Positions 41,398-50,881 are shown, counted from the stretch's first letter. The stretch is 50,968 nucleotides of DNA from Polyangiaceae bacterium (GCA_033763455.1 JANRKO010000063.1:1-50968), one strand, 5' to 3'. The notes: generated from the sequence alone by a model not told the origin. Made by a program: numbers and translations.

Positions 41398-41525
41398 GAC
41401 GCCGCATGGCGGATACCTCCGTACACCCTGAAGAATACGTGCTTCCCGCCGTGCCTATCGGCCACTGGAGATGCGCCTTGCCCTGGGGCGTGCGCGCTCT
41501 GGTCGGTTACGACAAGAGTTGTGTG
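41398..41525 (+). pseudogene. IS91/ISCR-like transposase N-terminal fragment
   Basis: RRRMADTSVHPEEYVLPAVPIGHWRCALPWGVRALVGYD resembles the IS91-family GRRMA.TA.HL...VLP.VP.RQWV.SLP..LR.L segment. Confidence 0.6.
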
Positions 41526-41780
41526 CGGAGGGACTCAGCGAAACTCGCGACGCTACGAACCAAGCGCGACCGGCGTCTCTTTTGGCAGCGCACCAAAAAC
41601 GTCGCCTAGGCTACCCAGACCCGAACAGATGGTCCTCCCGCCGGAGCATCGCCAACAATGCACGCACGCAAGACGCCGTTCGAGCAGTTCGCCGCCACCG
41701 GCGGTGCGGTCGACGCGATCAACTTCCCCGGCATCGTGGCGAGCGTGATCCAGGGCACCTTCCAGGCCATCGTCGACGCA

Positions 41781-42177
41781 CACCCGATGCCGCTTGGGTG
41801 TGCGACATCACGTATTTGAAAACAAAACAGGGATGGCTTTTGCTTTGCGTCATCCTAGACCTGCTTTCCAGAAAGGTGGTGGGCTGGTCGCTTCAAAAGC
41901 GCATGACCGCGGACCTCGTGTGCAACGCTTTCGACATGGCGTCCCGCGAACGGCGACCCGAACCTGGGCTTATCTTTCACTCGGATCGAGGAAGCAAAGA
42001 ATACGTAACCGACGACGAGGCTCGCTCCGCCGTCTTCGAGTACGTCACGGTATTCTACAAACGCCAACGAAAGCACTCGGCAAGGAATGGCCTCAGCCGT
42101 GAACTGTTTGGATCTTGCAATGAAGGCCGTCTAGCGGCATAACCTATGAACCTGTCCGGGAAAGCGGATTAACACCA
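41781..42177 (+). pseudogene. IS3 family transposase remnant (internally deleted integrase core) with right inverted repeat
   Basis: WVCDITY...W..L..ILDL.SRKVVGW and FHSDRGS fused directly to ..EARSAVFEY...FY.RQRKHS; IR-like CTGTCCGGGAAAGCGGATTAACACCA at 42152-42177. Confidence 0.88.
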
Positions 42178-42179
42178 AA

Positions 42180-42812
42180 GTGAGTCAATTCGTGCGTTCG
42201 CCATACATCGCCTTCATCACCACGATCCTCATTTCCGCGTGCGGTTCGGACACCTCTGGGGGCGCCCCTCCCGAGCCGCTCACCTGCGAACAGCTGAGCT
42301 CTGCGACCTTCTGCTGGGCGGCCGTCGCGGCCGCCGTCGGACAGTGCATGGAGGCGCCCGCAGAGACGGGCATGGTCGAAGGCACCTTTTCACCCGACGG
42401 GAAGCGATGCACTGACGCTACCGCAGCTGCGTTGAGCGTGTCGTTCTCCCGCCCGCTTCCGGCCACGGGCATCTCCGATTGGTACTTGTCGGACCCCTTT
42501 ACCATGCACAACGGCGCCACGGAATGCGGGACTTTTGCGCTGGAGGTCGAAGGCCGCCTGACCCGCATCAAGGTGACGGCGGCCGGAAAAACAGCGATCT
42601 CCGAGGCCGTCACCGGGACCGTCGAAAGCCGGAACGATGCCCGCGTGAGCCTCTCTTGTCCCGACGGGCGTCGCTACGAAGCCCCTACGGTGGAAGTCGC
42701 CAGCTGCCTATCCCGCTTCCCCCACACGAACGGGAAAACTGACTTCGATCGATCGGCCGTGGTCACGCTCCTTTCGGCCGGCCCGCGCCTGGGCTTCGAT
42801 TGCCATCGCTGA
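42180..42812 (+). CDS. Hypothetical Cys-containing lipoprotein
   Basis: Signal peptide and lipobox ISAC; 210-aa ORF. Confidence 0.7.
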   Translation: MSQFVRSPYIAFITTILISACGSDTSGGAPPEPLTCEQLSSATFCWAAVAAAVGQCMEAPAETGMVEGTFSPDGKRCTDATAAALSVSFSRPLPATGISDWYLSDPFTMHNGATECGTFALEVEGRLTRIKVTAAGKTAISEAVTGTVESRNDARVSLSCPDGRRYEAPTVEVASCLSRFPHTNGKTDFDRSAVVTLLSAGPRLGFDCHR

Positions 42813-43039
42813 CAGGCTATCTCCTCGCTTGCATGGTGGCCGGCGAAGAGACCGGCGACGTCGCCAGTGTGCGCAGGTATGCATCGCTCGCTTCGTCCGC
42901 GGGAAACCAGGGTGCCATCTCCTCGCTCTTGATGCTCTTGACGGCGCATATCTGAGAGCGCCAGAGACAGGCAAGCTGACCTTTCATGCTCGCCTCCCGA
43001 TGAGCGCACAGCTGAAGGGATCGCGCCCGAAGGCGCCAC

Positions 43040-43966
43040 TCAGGCGGCTCCAGGTGACGCCGTGACGAGCCCGCGTGAGGTGAGCCACCGGCGAAGCACG
43101 TCTTCCGCCCTGGGAACCCCGAAGTACCGTGACTGAAGCGCCGTGTCCGCCACGTAACGGCCGCTCTGGAAGTGCCGGAACATCGCGCGCAGATCACGGG
43201 CCATTCCACTCACCAAACCCGCAGCACCGAGGGCTCCACCGAGGAACCACCATGGAATCGTCTTCACGCCGAGCGCCTCTCCGCGTAGCTCCCCGATGAT
43301 CGAGGCGAGATCGTTCGTTGATACGGGGCGATCCCAGCCGAGGTCTATCGCAAGTCCATTCGCGTCCGCTGGCAGGTCGACTGCGTGGGCCAAGTTGCTC
43401 GCGAGGTCGTCGGTGTAGACGTACGTCATAGGGACGTTCGGGGCACCAAAGGAAAGCAGGCTGCCCTTCCTCACCCGATCGGCGAAGAAATCCACGGCCT
43501 GATCGAGGAACGCTCCCGGCCGCAATGCCACGAAGGGAACCCCTGTCTCTTGCAGGTAATCCTCTGCGAGCTTCTTGTGCCAGAAGTGCGGCACGTCGGG
43601 GGTTTGATCGGCGGTGAGGATGCTGCACAGGACGAAGCGGCCGAGTCGAACGGCTCGCGCTGCGTCTGCTAAATTGCGATTGCCATCAATGTCGGTTCGG
43701 GCCGAGTCCCCCTTGCGCCGCTTCGTATATCCCGCTGCCGTGGTGATCACGGCGTCGGCGCCTCGCATAGCTGCCTCCAGTGATGGGGGATCCATCATGT
43801 CCCCCCGTGCGATGCTCACCCCGTCCCCCTCGATGGCCCGTGGGTCACTTCCCGAGCGCACCAACGCACGAACGTGGTGGCCGCGCGCCCGCACTGCCTT
43901 CACGACCTTGCGGCCGACCGCGCCAGTGGCGCCCACGACCAGGACGACCTTCGTAGAAGAGCTCAT
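43040..43966 (-). CDS. NmrA-like / atypical SDR NAD(P)H-binding protein
   Basis: VLVVGATGAVG, VRALVR, GDM.D and K..AE..L...G.PF..LRPG; start MSSSTK. Confidence 0.88.
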   Translation of the reverse strand: MSSSTKVVLVVGATGAVGRKVVKAVRARGHHVRALVRSGSDPRAIEGDGVSIARGDMMDPPSLEAAMRGADAVITTAAGYTKRRKGDSARTDIDGNRNLADAARAVRLGRFVLCSILTADQTPDVPHFWHKKLAEDYLQETGVPFVALRPGAFLDQAVDFFADRVRKGSLLSFGAPNVPMTYVYTDDLASNLAHAVDLPADANGLAIDLGWDRPVSTNDLASIIGELRGEALGVKTIPWWFLGGALGAAGLVSGMARDLRAMFRHFQSGRYVADTALQSRYFGVPRAEDVLRRWLTSRGLVTASPGAA

Positions 43967-44090
43967 TGGGTACCTCGACCCGTGTCGCGTTGCTGGCAAG
44001 GGGGACTCATTTGGCTGAGCCTACGGCGATCCGTGCATGAGTACAAATCAGTTGTTCTCATCGGTACATGAGGGATACTCATGACGTCGG

Positions 44091-45044
44091 ATGCTGTCGC
44101 TAGGCTCCCTCAACCTGAATCTGCTGGTCGCCCTGGATGCGCTCCTACAAACGCGCAGCGTGCGCCGTGCGGCCGAGCGCCTCGGGGTCACGCAGTCGGC
44201 CATGAGCCACTCGCTTCGGCAGTTACGCACCCTGCTCGGTGATCCGCTCTTCGTACGGTCTGGTAATCAACTGCTCGTCACGCCCCGGGCGAGCGAGATG
44301 ACCCTGCCACTGCGACAGGCCCTCGCCGACTTGCACCGCGTACTGACGGGTCAATCCACGTATCAGCCCAGCATCACGGAGCGGCGGTTCGTCATCGCCT
44401 CCACGGATGCCCTCGCGCTCACGCTCTTTGCCCCGCTCGTGGCCGACCTGCTGGAACGCTCGCCGCCGGCCGAATTGGTCTTCGTGCCTCTGGATCAGGC
44501 TCGGCTCGAAAGCCAGTTATCGGCCGGAGAGATCGACTTGGCGGTGGGGATGCTGCAGGGCCGCCCGGGGATACGCATCGAGAGCCTGCTGACTCAACGC
44601 TTCGCCGTGCTGGCGCGGCGCGACCACCCGCAAATCGGCCGCAAGCTCGACCTGGAGGCCTACTGTCGATTGCCGCACGCGATGGTGACCACCACGGGGG
44701 AGGGCCGAAGCTTCGTGGACGAGGAGCTCGAAAGAATGGGGCGCTCTCGTCGTGTGGTGTTGAGGGTGCCGTACTTCCTCGCGGCTCCGGTCCTCATCGC
44801 GCGGAGCGAGCTGTTGCTCACGATCCACAGAGCCACCGCACTGCACTTCTCGGAGCGCTACCCCCTCACCGTTCACGAACCACCGTTCGTGACACCCGAA
44901 TCACCGGTGACTCTCGCGTGGCACGAGCGGTTCCAGGCCGACCCCGCCGTTTCTTGGCTGAGGGAGCGCGTGCTCATGGCCGCCAAACGAACGGAAGAAA
45001 GCCTGATGTCACGCGCTACCCGGCGAAAAGTGCCCACTGTTTGA
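44091..45044 (+). CDS. LysR family transcriptional regulator (NodD/LeuO-like)
   Basis: LNLNLLVALDALL..RSV.RAAERLG.TQSAMSHSL..LR..LGDPLF; divergent from the SDR gene. Confidence 0.95.
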   Translation: MLSLGSLNLNLLVALDALLQTRSVRRAAERLGVTQSAMSHSLRQLRTLLGDPLFVRSGNQLLVTPRASEMTLPLRQALADLHRVLTGQSTYQPSITERRFVIASTDALALTLFAPLVADLLERSPPAELVFVPLDQARLESQLSAGEIDLAVGMLQGRPGIRIESLLTQRFAVLARRDHPQIGRKLDLEAYCRLPHAMVTTTGEGRSFVDEELERMGRSRRVVLRVPYFLAAPVLIARSELLLTIHRATALHFSERYPLTVHEPPFVTPESPVTLAWHERFQADPAVSWLRERVLMAAKRTEESLMSRATRRKVPTV

Positions 45045-45158
45045 CTCGTGCGGGAGCGTGAGGGTGATCGGCTGCCGACTATTCGCAAGGACCGTGCCGC
45101 CTTCTTTCCACACCAACCGAAACTTAGTGTTGCCACGCATCTCCACGTGCAGCTGCTT

Positions 45159-45278
45159 TCGTGATTGCGGCCCTCCACGGTCTCCGGCTCGAAGGCAAAA
45201 TCAAGGGCTCCGTTGTGGCTAAGGCTATGGCCGAGCTCGGCGTTGATCCCGAAAAGATCGATCCGATGAGCATCTAAA
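45159..45278 (+). repeat. Right copy of the 120-bp direct repeat (displaced aceE 3' end; attR-like)
   Basis: Encodes VIAALHGLRLEGKIKGSVVAKAMAELGVDPEKIDPMSI*, identical in protein to the aceE C-terminus. Confidence 0.97.
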
Positions 45279-45318
45279 AGAGCACTTGATTCGCGCACCG
45301 GCGCGCCGAGCATCAAGC

Positions 45319-45756
45319 TCACGCCGCGAACGGATCCACACGTGGAAGCTCCGGGAACAGTGAGAAATCCCTGTCCCGGGTAAATAGCTCGCTGACTCCA
45401 GCGTCCAGGCAGAGCGCCACAATGCGCGCATCGTGCACGATGGGGCCGCGGACGCGAGGCCTCTGAAGCAGCGACTGTAGAGTTGAAAGTGAATCCCGAT
45501 TCTCCGAAAGTAAGCGCAGTGACGGGGAACCGGACCACGCGGCAATTTGGCGCCAGGCTTGCGAGGGAGTCGTCGCAACGTCTTTCCAAATGCGGGCATT
45601 CGTTACCACACTGAAGAATTCGTAGATGCACGGCCAAGGGATCGCCCACGGCTCGTTGCCTTCCGCAAGATCGGCCAGGAGTTCGCGAGCACGGGAGTGT
45701 TCTCTTGCCTCACGTCGGTGCGCATACACCAAGATGTTGGTGTCCACCGCGATCAA
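45319..45756 (-). CDS. vapC: VapC PIN-domain ribonuclease toxin
   Basis: MIAVDTNILVYAH, EFFSVVT, VHDARIVAL and TRDRDF. Confidence 0.93.
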   Translation of the reverse strand: MIAVDTNILVYAHRREAREHSRARELLADLAEGNEPWAIPWPCIYEFFSVVTNARIWKDVATTPSQAWRQIAAWSGSPSLRLLSENRDSLSTLQSLLQRPRVRGPIVHDARIVALCLDAGVSELFTRDRDFSLFPELPRVDPFAA

Positions 45757-46001
45757 CGGTCAGCCTCGCCCCCGTATATCTCCGACCGCAGGTCCTGCCA
45801 CGAGTAGACCTCCAAGGGATTGGGCTTTCCCGCATCACCTACGCTGCAGTCTTCAAGTGTGAAGCTGCTTGCCTTGTCGTTGGATTCGAGCACGTGACGC
45901 AAACCTTCCTCCACTAGCGCGCGCAGCGGCTTCCCGGTCCTCTTGGAAAGACGCTTGGCCCGAAGCAGGACCGAATCGTGAATTTCCAGGGTAGTTTTCA
46001 T
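45753..46001 (-). CDS. vapB: VapB-type antitoxin
   Basis: MKTTLEIHDSVL.RAK......G..L..LVEEGLR; 4-bp overlap with vapC. Confidence 0.9.
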   Translation of the reverse strand: MKTTLEIHDSVLLRAKRLSKRTGKPLRALVEEGLRHVLESNDKASSFTLEDCSVGDAGKPNPLEVYSWQDLRSEIYGGEADR

Positions 46002-46064
46002 CCTCCCACTTTACCCATAACTGCAGATATGGGCCACCCATACTCGAAAATTAGCAGGAATTTT

Positions 46065-46170
46065 GCTTCGGTTGCCCCCTCTCGCCTCGCTCGCCCGAAC
46101 AAGTCCGAAGCACCGCGGCGAGCTCCGGCGTTCTCCCCCAGGCCGCTCGCTCTCGCTCCGGCGGGGGAGA
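46065..46170. repeat. Pair of GC-rich hairpins (REP-like or terminator)
   Basis: GCTTCGG...CCGAAGC and TCTCCCCC...GGGGGAGA inverted repeats with CGCTCGC-rich loops. Confidence 0.45.
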
Positions 46171-46176
46171 TGTTGC

Positions 46177-46581
46177 TCAAAAGCCCTTGGAAAGCTCCCT
46201 AATCAGTTCTCCGTTGGCTTCCGGAAATTCAAAGTTCGAAAGCTCCTCGGCTGTGACCCACCGCGCGTCAGCAACTTCCAAGAGTTCCGGCTCGCCCTCC
46301 AGCCACGCGCAGTTCACAGGAATAAGCCACACTTCTCGTTCCGGGTAACGAAAGCCAAACGCCGGTCGGCAGCTCTCGGCACGGCAACGAACACCCGTTT
46401 CCTCCAGCACCTCGCGCTCGGCACACCGTTCGGGGAGCTCGCCGTCGCGGAGCTTTCCTCCGGGAAATTCCCACATACCGCCCAGGTGCGTGCCTGCTGG
46501 GCGCTGCGTGATCAAAAGCCTGCCGCCTTTCACCACCAAGGCAAGTGCAACTTTCACCGGGGAGCTCATCTTCGGTACCAC
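46177..46581 (-). CDS. mutT: NUDIX hydrolase, MutT/NudG-like
   Basis: WEFPGGK..GE....CA.RE..EETG Nudix box and FPEAN. Confidence 0.88.
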   Translation of the reverse strand: MVPKMSSPVKVALALVVKGGRLLITQRPAGTHLGGMWEFPGGKLRDGELPERCAEREVLEETGVRCRAESCRPAFGFRYPEREVWLIPVNCAWLEGEPELLEVADARWVTAEELSNFEFPEANGELIRELSKGF

Positions 46582-46763
46582 TCAAATCGGTGTTTCATCG
46601 ACAGGCGACTCTTCGGGGGAAGACGGTGTTTCTTCGGCAGGCGAAGTACTTAGCATGACAAGTTCCTGGTTGCTGAAACGAAGGCACCTGAGACCCGCCT
46701 AGGAGCTCATTTTGCACAAGTGTTTGAAACAGGGCGCGTTGGTGTAAAGAGGCTTCACGGAGA

Positions 46764-47582
46764 ATGCTTGAGGTCCTGCTAGATGTGCGAAATCTGAGCT
46801 TGGCTTGGAAAGTACACACCTTGGAACCACCCGCGCAACCGTCGGGAGCAAGCGGCGCCCGGGCCTCGGCACCAGCGGAGCTGCCCCCCGAGACACCGCC
46901 ATCGTACGTGTTTCGGTCCGTCAATTTCTCGATTCACGCGGGCGATCGCCTGTGGGTGAGTGGCCCGTCGGGTTGCGGGAAAACGTCGCTCCTTCGGAGC
47001 TTGGCTCGCCTGGAACCTAAAGCGGAAGGGGAGGTGTTGTTTCGCGGTCAGAGTGCTCATGGCTCTGGGGTGCCTGCATTTCGGCGCTCGGTGGTATACG
47101 CCGCGCAAACTCCTGCAAGGTATCCCCTGAGTGTTGAAGAGGCGTTCCTGGAGGTTATGGAATTTGCGCACCGGGCGCAGGCTTTCAGAAGAGAATTAGT
47201 GGCGGCGTGGTGTGCGCGGTTACAGCTCCCAGAGAATGTCTTTGAGCGCCGGCTCACAGAGCTTTCTGGCGGCGAGCTCAAGCGCGTGCAAGTGCTGCGT
47301 TCGCTCTTGGCTGAGCCTTCGCTCTTGGTGCTTGATGAACCCACGGCTGGCCTCGATGAAGCGGCAAGCCAGGCCTTGTATGGGTTGCTCTTGGAATGGG
47401 TTTCGGCGGGGGAACGTGCTCTTGTGATCGTGAGCCACGAGGCACCACCCCCAGCGCTGATGCAAGCGGAGAAATTGCCGAGGCTGCGTCGCTTTCAGCT
47501 CAAATCGGCTCGCTTCGAAGAGCTAAATGCAGGAGGCAATTCTCTTTGCGGCCTCGCGGAACAAGAGGCGGGCTGCTCGTGA
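46764..47582 (+). CDS. fetA: ABC transporter ATP-binding protein (FetA/YbbL-like)
   Basis: GPSGCGKT, LSGGE, LDEPT and VSH; translationally coupled to fetB. Confidence 0.8.
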   Translation: MLEVLLDVRNLSLAWKVHTLEPPAQPSGASGARASAPAELPPETPPSYVFRSVNFSIHAGDRLWVSGPSGCGKTSLLRSLARLEPKAEGEVLFRGQSAHGSGVPAFRRSVVYAAQTPARYPLSVEEAFLEVMEFAHRAQAFRRELVAAWCARLQLPENVFERRLTELSGGELKRVQVLRSLLAEPSLLVLDEPTAGLDEAASQALYGLLLEWVSAGERALVIVSHEAPPPALMQAEKLPRLRRFQLKSARFEELNAGGNSLCGLAEQEAGCS

Positions 47583-48373
47583 ACGCTATTCCGCTCCGCT
47601 ACATCGACCTGATCGCCGCCACTCTCTTGATTCTAGTGGCTGGCAGCGTTTCTGCGGTGCTCAAATTGGGGCTTGGTAAACGTTTGGCAGTGGCGTCGGT
47701 ACGTTCTGTCGTGCAGCTCGGTTTGATCGGCTTTGTGCTTGAATGGGTCTTTTCACTCGAACGCTGGTACCTAGTGGTGGCGGTGTTCGCCAGCATGGTA
47801 GTGAATGCTGGAGTGGCCGCCGTGCAACGCACTGAGCGCAGGTTCTCAGGCATATGGCAAACGGGGCTATTTGCGGTAACGCTGAGCAGTGTGGTCACGA
47901 CGTTTGTGGTGGTAGAAGTCGTGATCGGCGTCGACCCTTGGTATTCACCGCGCTACGTGATCCCTTTGCTTGGCATGGTGCTCGGCAACGCGCTCACGGG
48001 GCTGTCGCTCACGCTGGATCGCGTGATGGCAGATTTGGACGAGAAGCGCGATCAAGTGGAGGGTAGGTTGGCGCTCGGCGCCACGATTTGGCAGGCGTGT
48101 CGGCCGCATGTGCGGGAAGCCGTGCGCTTAGGCATGGTGCCCGTGCTCAATTCGATGGCCGTCGTAGGCATCGTGAGCTTGCCGGGCATGATGACGGGGC
48201 AAATCCTCGGGGGCGCTTCGCCGATAGAGGCCGTGAAGTATCAGCTGGTGGTGATGTTCATGATCGCTTGTGCCACAAGCTTGGGAGCCATTGCGGCGGC
48301 CATGCTGTGTTTTAGGTTCCTGGTTACTACGGACCATCAACTGGATGTAGCGCGGCTCCGGAAGCGGGGTTGA
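47579..48373 (+). CDS. fetB: ABC transporter permease FetB/YbbM (UPF0014)
   Basis: RSVVQL..IG.VL, P.Y.IP.LGM.LGNA and GIVSLPGMMTGQILGG.SP..AVKYQ; GTG overlaps the fetA stop. Confidence 0.9.
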   Translation: MNAIPLRYIDLIAATLLILVAGSVSAVLKLGLGKRLAVASVRSVVQLGLIGFVLEWVFSLERWYLVVAVFASMVVNAGVAAVQRTERRFSGIWQTGLFAVTLSSVVTTFVVVEVVIGVDPWYSPRYVIPLLGMVLGNALTGLSLTLDRVMADLDEKRDQVEGRLALGATIWQACRPHVREAVRLGMVPVLNSMAVVGIVSLPGMMTGQILGGASPIEAVKYQLVVMFMIACATSLGAIAAAMLCFRFLVTTDHQLDVARLRKRG

Positions 48374-48441
48374 GCCCTGGTTTGCACCGCGCTTTGCCGG
48401 GTGCAGGTCCCTCCCCGTGGAATCCTCGGGCGCAAATGAGT

Positions 48442-48465
48442 TGCCAAATTTCATGAAATATGGCA
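48442..48465. promoter_or_regulatory. 24-bp near-perfect palindrome (operator-like) before the AAA gene
   Basis: TGCCA-A-ATTTCATGAAAT-A-TGGCA. Confidence 0.55.
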
Positions 48466-48475
48466 TGTCAGTTGC

Positions 48476-49618
48476 GTGTACCAGCGTTTTCTGGACCTCA
48501 GTGGGCCTCTGCGCCAACGCTCCGTCTTCCTGTTTGGAGCACGGCAAACGGGTAAGAGCACGCTGTTGCGGGAGAGGTTCCCAGAGGCGCGTTTGGTGGA
48601 TCTTTTGGCGGCTGATACCTTTCGCGAGCTCAGCGCCACACCGGAGGCGCTGCGGCAATCGTTAACAGCTCGCGATACGCTCGTGGTGATCGACGAGGTC
48701 CAGAGGCTACCGGAGCTTCTGAATGAGGTGCACCTGCTTATCGAACGGAACAAGCGCTTGCGCTTCGTTCTGACGGGTTCGAGTGCGCGCAGGCTCCGCC
48801 GTGGAGGTGCTAATCTGCTAGCGGGTCGCGCGCGAACCCTGCAGCTCTTCCCGCTCGTGTGGCCGGAGTATGGTGAGGCGCAGCTTGGTCGTGTCCTTAC
48901 GGTAGGTTCGCTTCCGAGCGTCCTCGATTCCGACGAGCCCTTCCTGGATCTTAAAGACTATGCGGGAACTTACCTGGCTGAGGAGATCCGAGCCGAGGCG
49001 CTCACCCGTTCCATCGAGGCTTTCTCGCGTTTCCTAAATGTGGCTGCCCAGCGCAACACCGAGCAGCTGAATTTTACGAGTGTCGGCGGCGATGCTCAGG
49101 TGCCGCCGCGCACAGTTCGCGAGTTTTTTAGTGTCCTCGAAGACACGCTGATCGGCTACTCCCTCCCGCCTTACAGATCGACCACCAAACGCAAAGCCGT
49201 TGCCACCAGCAAGTTCTACTTCTTCGACATTGGTGTCGCCCACGCAATCCAGGGGATTCGGCAAGTTGTTCCGGGCACAACCGAGCATGGCCGTGCGCTA
49301 GAGCACCTGGTTGCCAATGAGCTTCGTGCCTACCTCTCGTACCGCACGTACGACCTGCCGCTCACCTATTTCCGCTCGTTATCTCAAATAGAGGTGGACT
49401 TCGTAGTCGGGGACCACGTGGCCATCGAGGTGAAGGCAAGTGGGCGCGTCAGTGAGCGCGACGCGAAGCCACTTCATCAGGCCGGCGAAGATCTTCCGCT
49501 GCGGAAGAAGTTCTTGGTCTGCACTGAGAAGAACGAGCGTACATTGGAGAGTGGGGTTCAAGTCCTGCCCTTAGCGCGCTTTCTTGAGCGGCTCTGGGCT
49601 GGTGACATCGTGGAGTAA
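48476..49618 (+). CDS. AAA_14 ATPase with C-terminal DUF4143
   Basis: GARQTGKST, IDEVQR, TGSSA, KFYFFDIG and EVDFV....AIEVK. Confidence 0.92.
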   Translation: MYQRFLDLSGPLRQRSVFLFGARQTGKSTLLRERFPEARLVDLLAADTFRELSATPEALRQSLTARDTLVVIDEVQRLPELLNEVHLLIERNKRLRFVLTGSSARRLRRGGANLLAGRARTLQLFPLVWPEYGEAQLGRVLTVGSLPSVLDSDEPFLDLKDYAGTYLAEEIRAEALTRSIEAFSRFLNVAAQRNTEQLNFTSVGGDAQVPPRTVREFFSVLEDTLIGYSLPPYRSTTKRKAVATSKFYFFDIGVAHAIQGIRQVVPGTTEHGRALEHLVANELRAYLSYRTYDLPLTYFRSLSQIEVDFVVGDHVAIEVKASGRVSERDAKPLHQAGEDLPLRKKFLVCTEKNERTLESGVQVLPLARFLERLWAGDIVE

Positions 49619-49843
49619 TTTCATGACACCGGACCGTCGTGGGCGCGCTCAGCCCTCTTGTCGAGTCTTCCGGGTCTGTCGGAAAGTTCCAGAAATGGCT
49701 CTCAAGGAGTTAGCTTGAAAGTGCTACCCAGCCAAGGGTTGTCCCTCATCGGATGAATAGGAGCGTCGCGAATAGTTGAATATGACAGTCCATGCCGCAG
49801 GTTGCGCTTGACCGTACGTACTGCCTCAGTGAAACTGATTGCT

Positions 49844-50881
49844 ATGCGGAGTTTCGCTCTTGGGTTTGCATTCCTATTGGCAGCGTGTGGTCAGTCTGGG
49901 GGGAACTCCTCTGGCAGTGGCATGGCGGGTTCAGAAAACGGTTCAGGTAGCAAGAGCGCGGGCGGTGCAAGCAACGTCGGAGGGGCGCGCTCATCTTCAG
50001 GGGGTGCGGCAAACGTCGGTGGAAGTGCTGCGGTAACGGGCGGGCAGAGTGGTGGTGGAGGGTCTGTGTCGGGCGGCCAAACAGGCGTGGGTGGAGGCGG
50101 TGCGGTATCGGATTGCCCCGCGGCTCCCACAGCCAGGCTGAGTAATGGGGGCATTCTCGAGTTTGACGTTAGCTTGAAGCTCGGCGCTCTACCCTTCAAG
50201 TATGGTGAAGCCAATGCGCTTTCTCCGGATGGTACGCTCACGCCCACCAATGTGCGCTTCTATCTGTCCGAGTTTGCGCTACTTAAAGGAGCGGATGTGG
50301 TGCCGGTGGATTTGGTGAAGGCAGACGGGTCAGTGGTTCCCCACAACGTTCGGCTGATAACCCTGGATGATCCGGCGTCGCTCGCGGTCAGGGTGAAGGC
50401 ACCTCCGGGTGAATACGATGGTGTATCGTTTATCCTAGGTCTTAATGCAGCGTGTAACTCCGTGGATGCATCGAAGGTGGCACCTCTAGACGACGCCTCG
50501 CAGATGGCGTGGCCACACACGTTTGGCTTCCTGTTCTTTCGCTACGAAGCTGACGTCACCGGCAGCGCGACCGTGCTTGAAAATACGCCCGCTCAGATAC
50601 ACATGGGTGGAATTCAGGGGCTATTGGCGCCCAAGTTTCGCCTAACCGGCAAGCTTCATGTAGATCCGGCAGGCTCTAAGACTAATCTCGTGCTGGCCTT
50701 TGATCAGGTGCTGAAGGCAAGTCTCGGCATGACAACTCCTACCGGAGTTCCGCTGCCGCCCGGCCCAGAAGTGAAGGCTGGGGAGGCGCTGCGTCAGAAT
50801 GCGGAAAAGTTCCCACTGTTCTCGCTCGCACTGAAGATCCCCCGTTTCAGTGGACAGCATGACTATGCCACACGTTGTTGA
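49844..50881 (+). CDS. MbnP-like lipoprotein; extreme C-terminus supplied by IS3 sequence
   Basis: Lipobox LAAC, Gly-rich linker, RFYLSEF.L, GEYDGVSF.LGL, M.W...GF.F.R.E and H.GG; DNA from 50832 onward is IS-derived. Confidence 0.65.
   Translation: MRSFALGFAFLLAACGQSGGNSSGSGMAGSENGSGSKSAGGASNVGGARSSSGGAANVGGSAAVTGGQSGGGGSVSGGQTGVGGGGAVSDCPAAPTARLSNGGILEFDVSLKLGALPFKYGEANALSPDGTLTPTNVRFYLSEFALLKGADVVPVDLVKADGSVVPHNVRLITLDDPASLAVRVKAPPGEYDGVSFILGLNAACNSVDASKVAPLDDASQMAWPHTFGFLFFRYEADVTGSATVLENTPAQIHMGGIQGLLAPKFRLTGKLHVDPAGSKTNLVLAFDQVLKASLGMTTPTGVPLPPGPEVKAGEALRQNAEKFPLFSLALKIPRFSGQHDYATRC

Larger units (their letters stand above)
41398..45158. mobile_element. Decayed genomic island inserted at the aceE 3' end
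   Basis: Bounded by the 120-bp direct repeats; carries IS fragments, a lipoprotein and an SDR-LysR pair; no integrase seen. Confidence 0.8.

Noticed and set aside
41471..42142. 223-aa ORF as an intact transposase
   Set aside because: It is a chimera of unrelated fragments, and the DDE core is internally deleted
44873..45649. 258-aa minus-strand ORF
   Set aside because: Spans the antisense of LysR and of the aceE duplicate plus an off-frame of vapC; spurious
47396..47578. N-terminal extension of fetB
   Set aside because: It overlaps fetA; the coupled GTG at 47579 fits better
48461..48475. Sigma54-like TGGCATGTCAGTTGC
   Set aside because: It abuts the likely GTG start, so the transcript would begin inside the ORF; better explained as an arm of the palindrome
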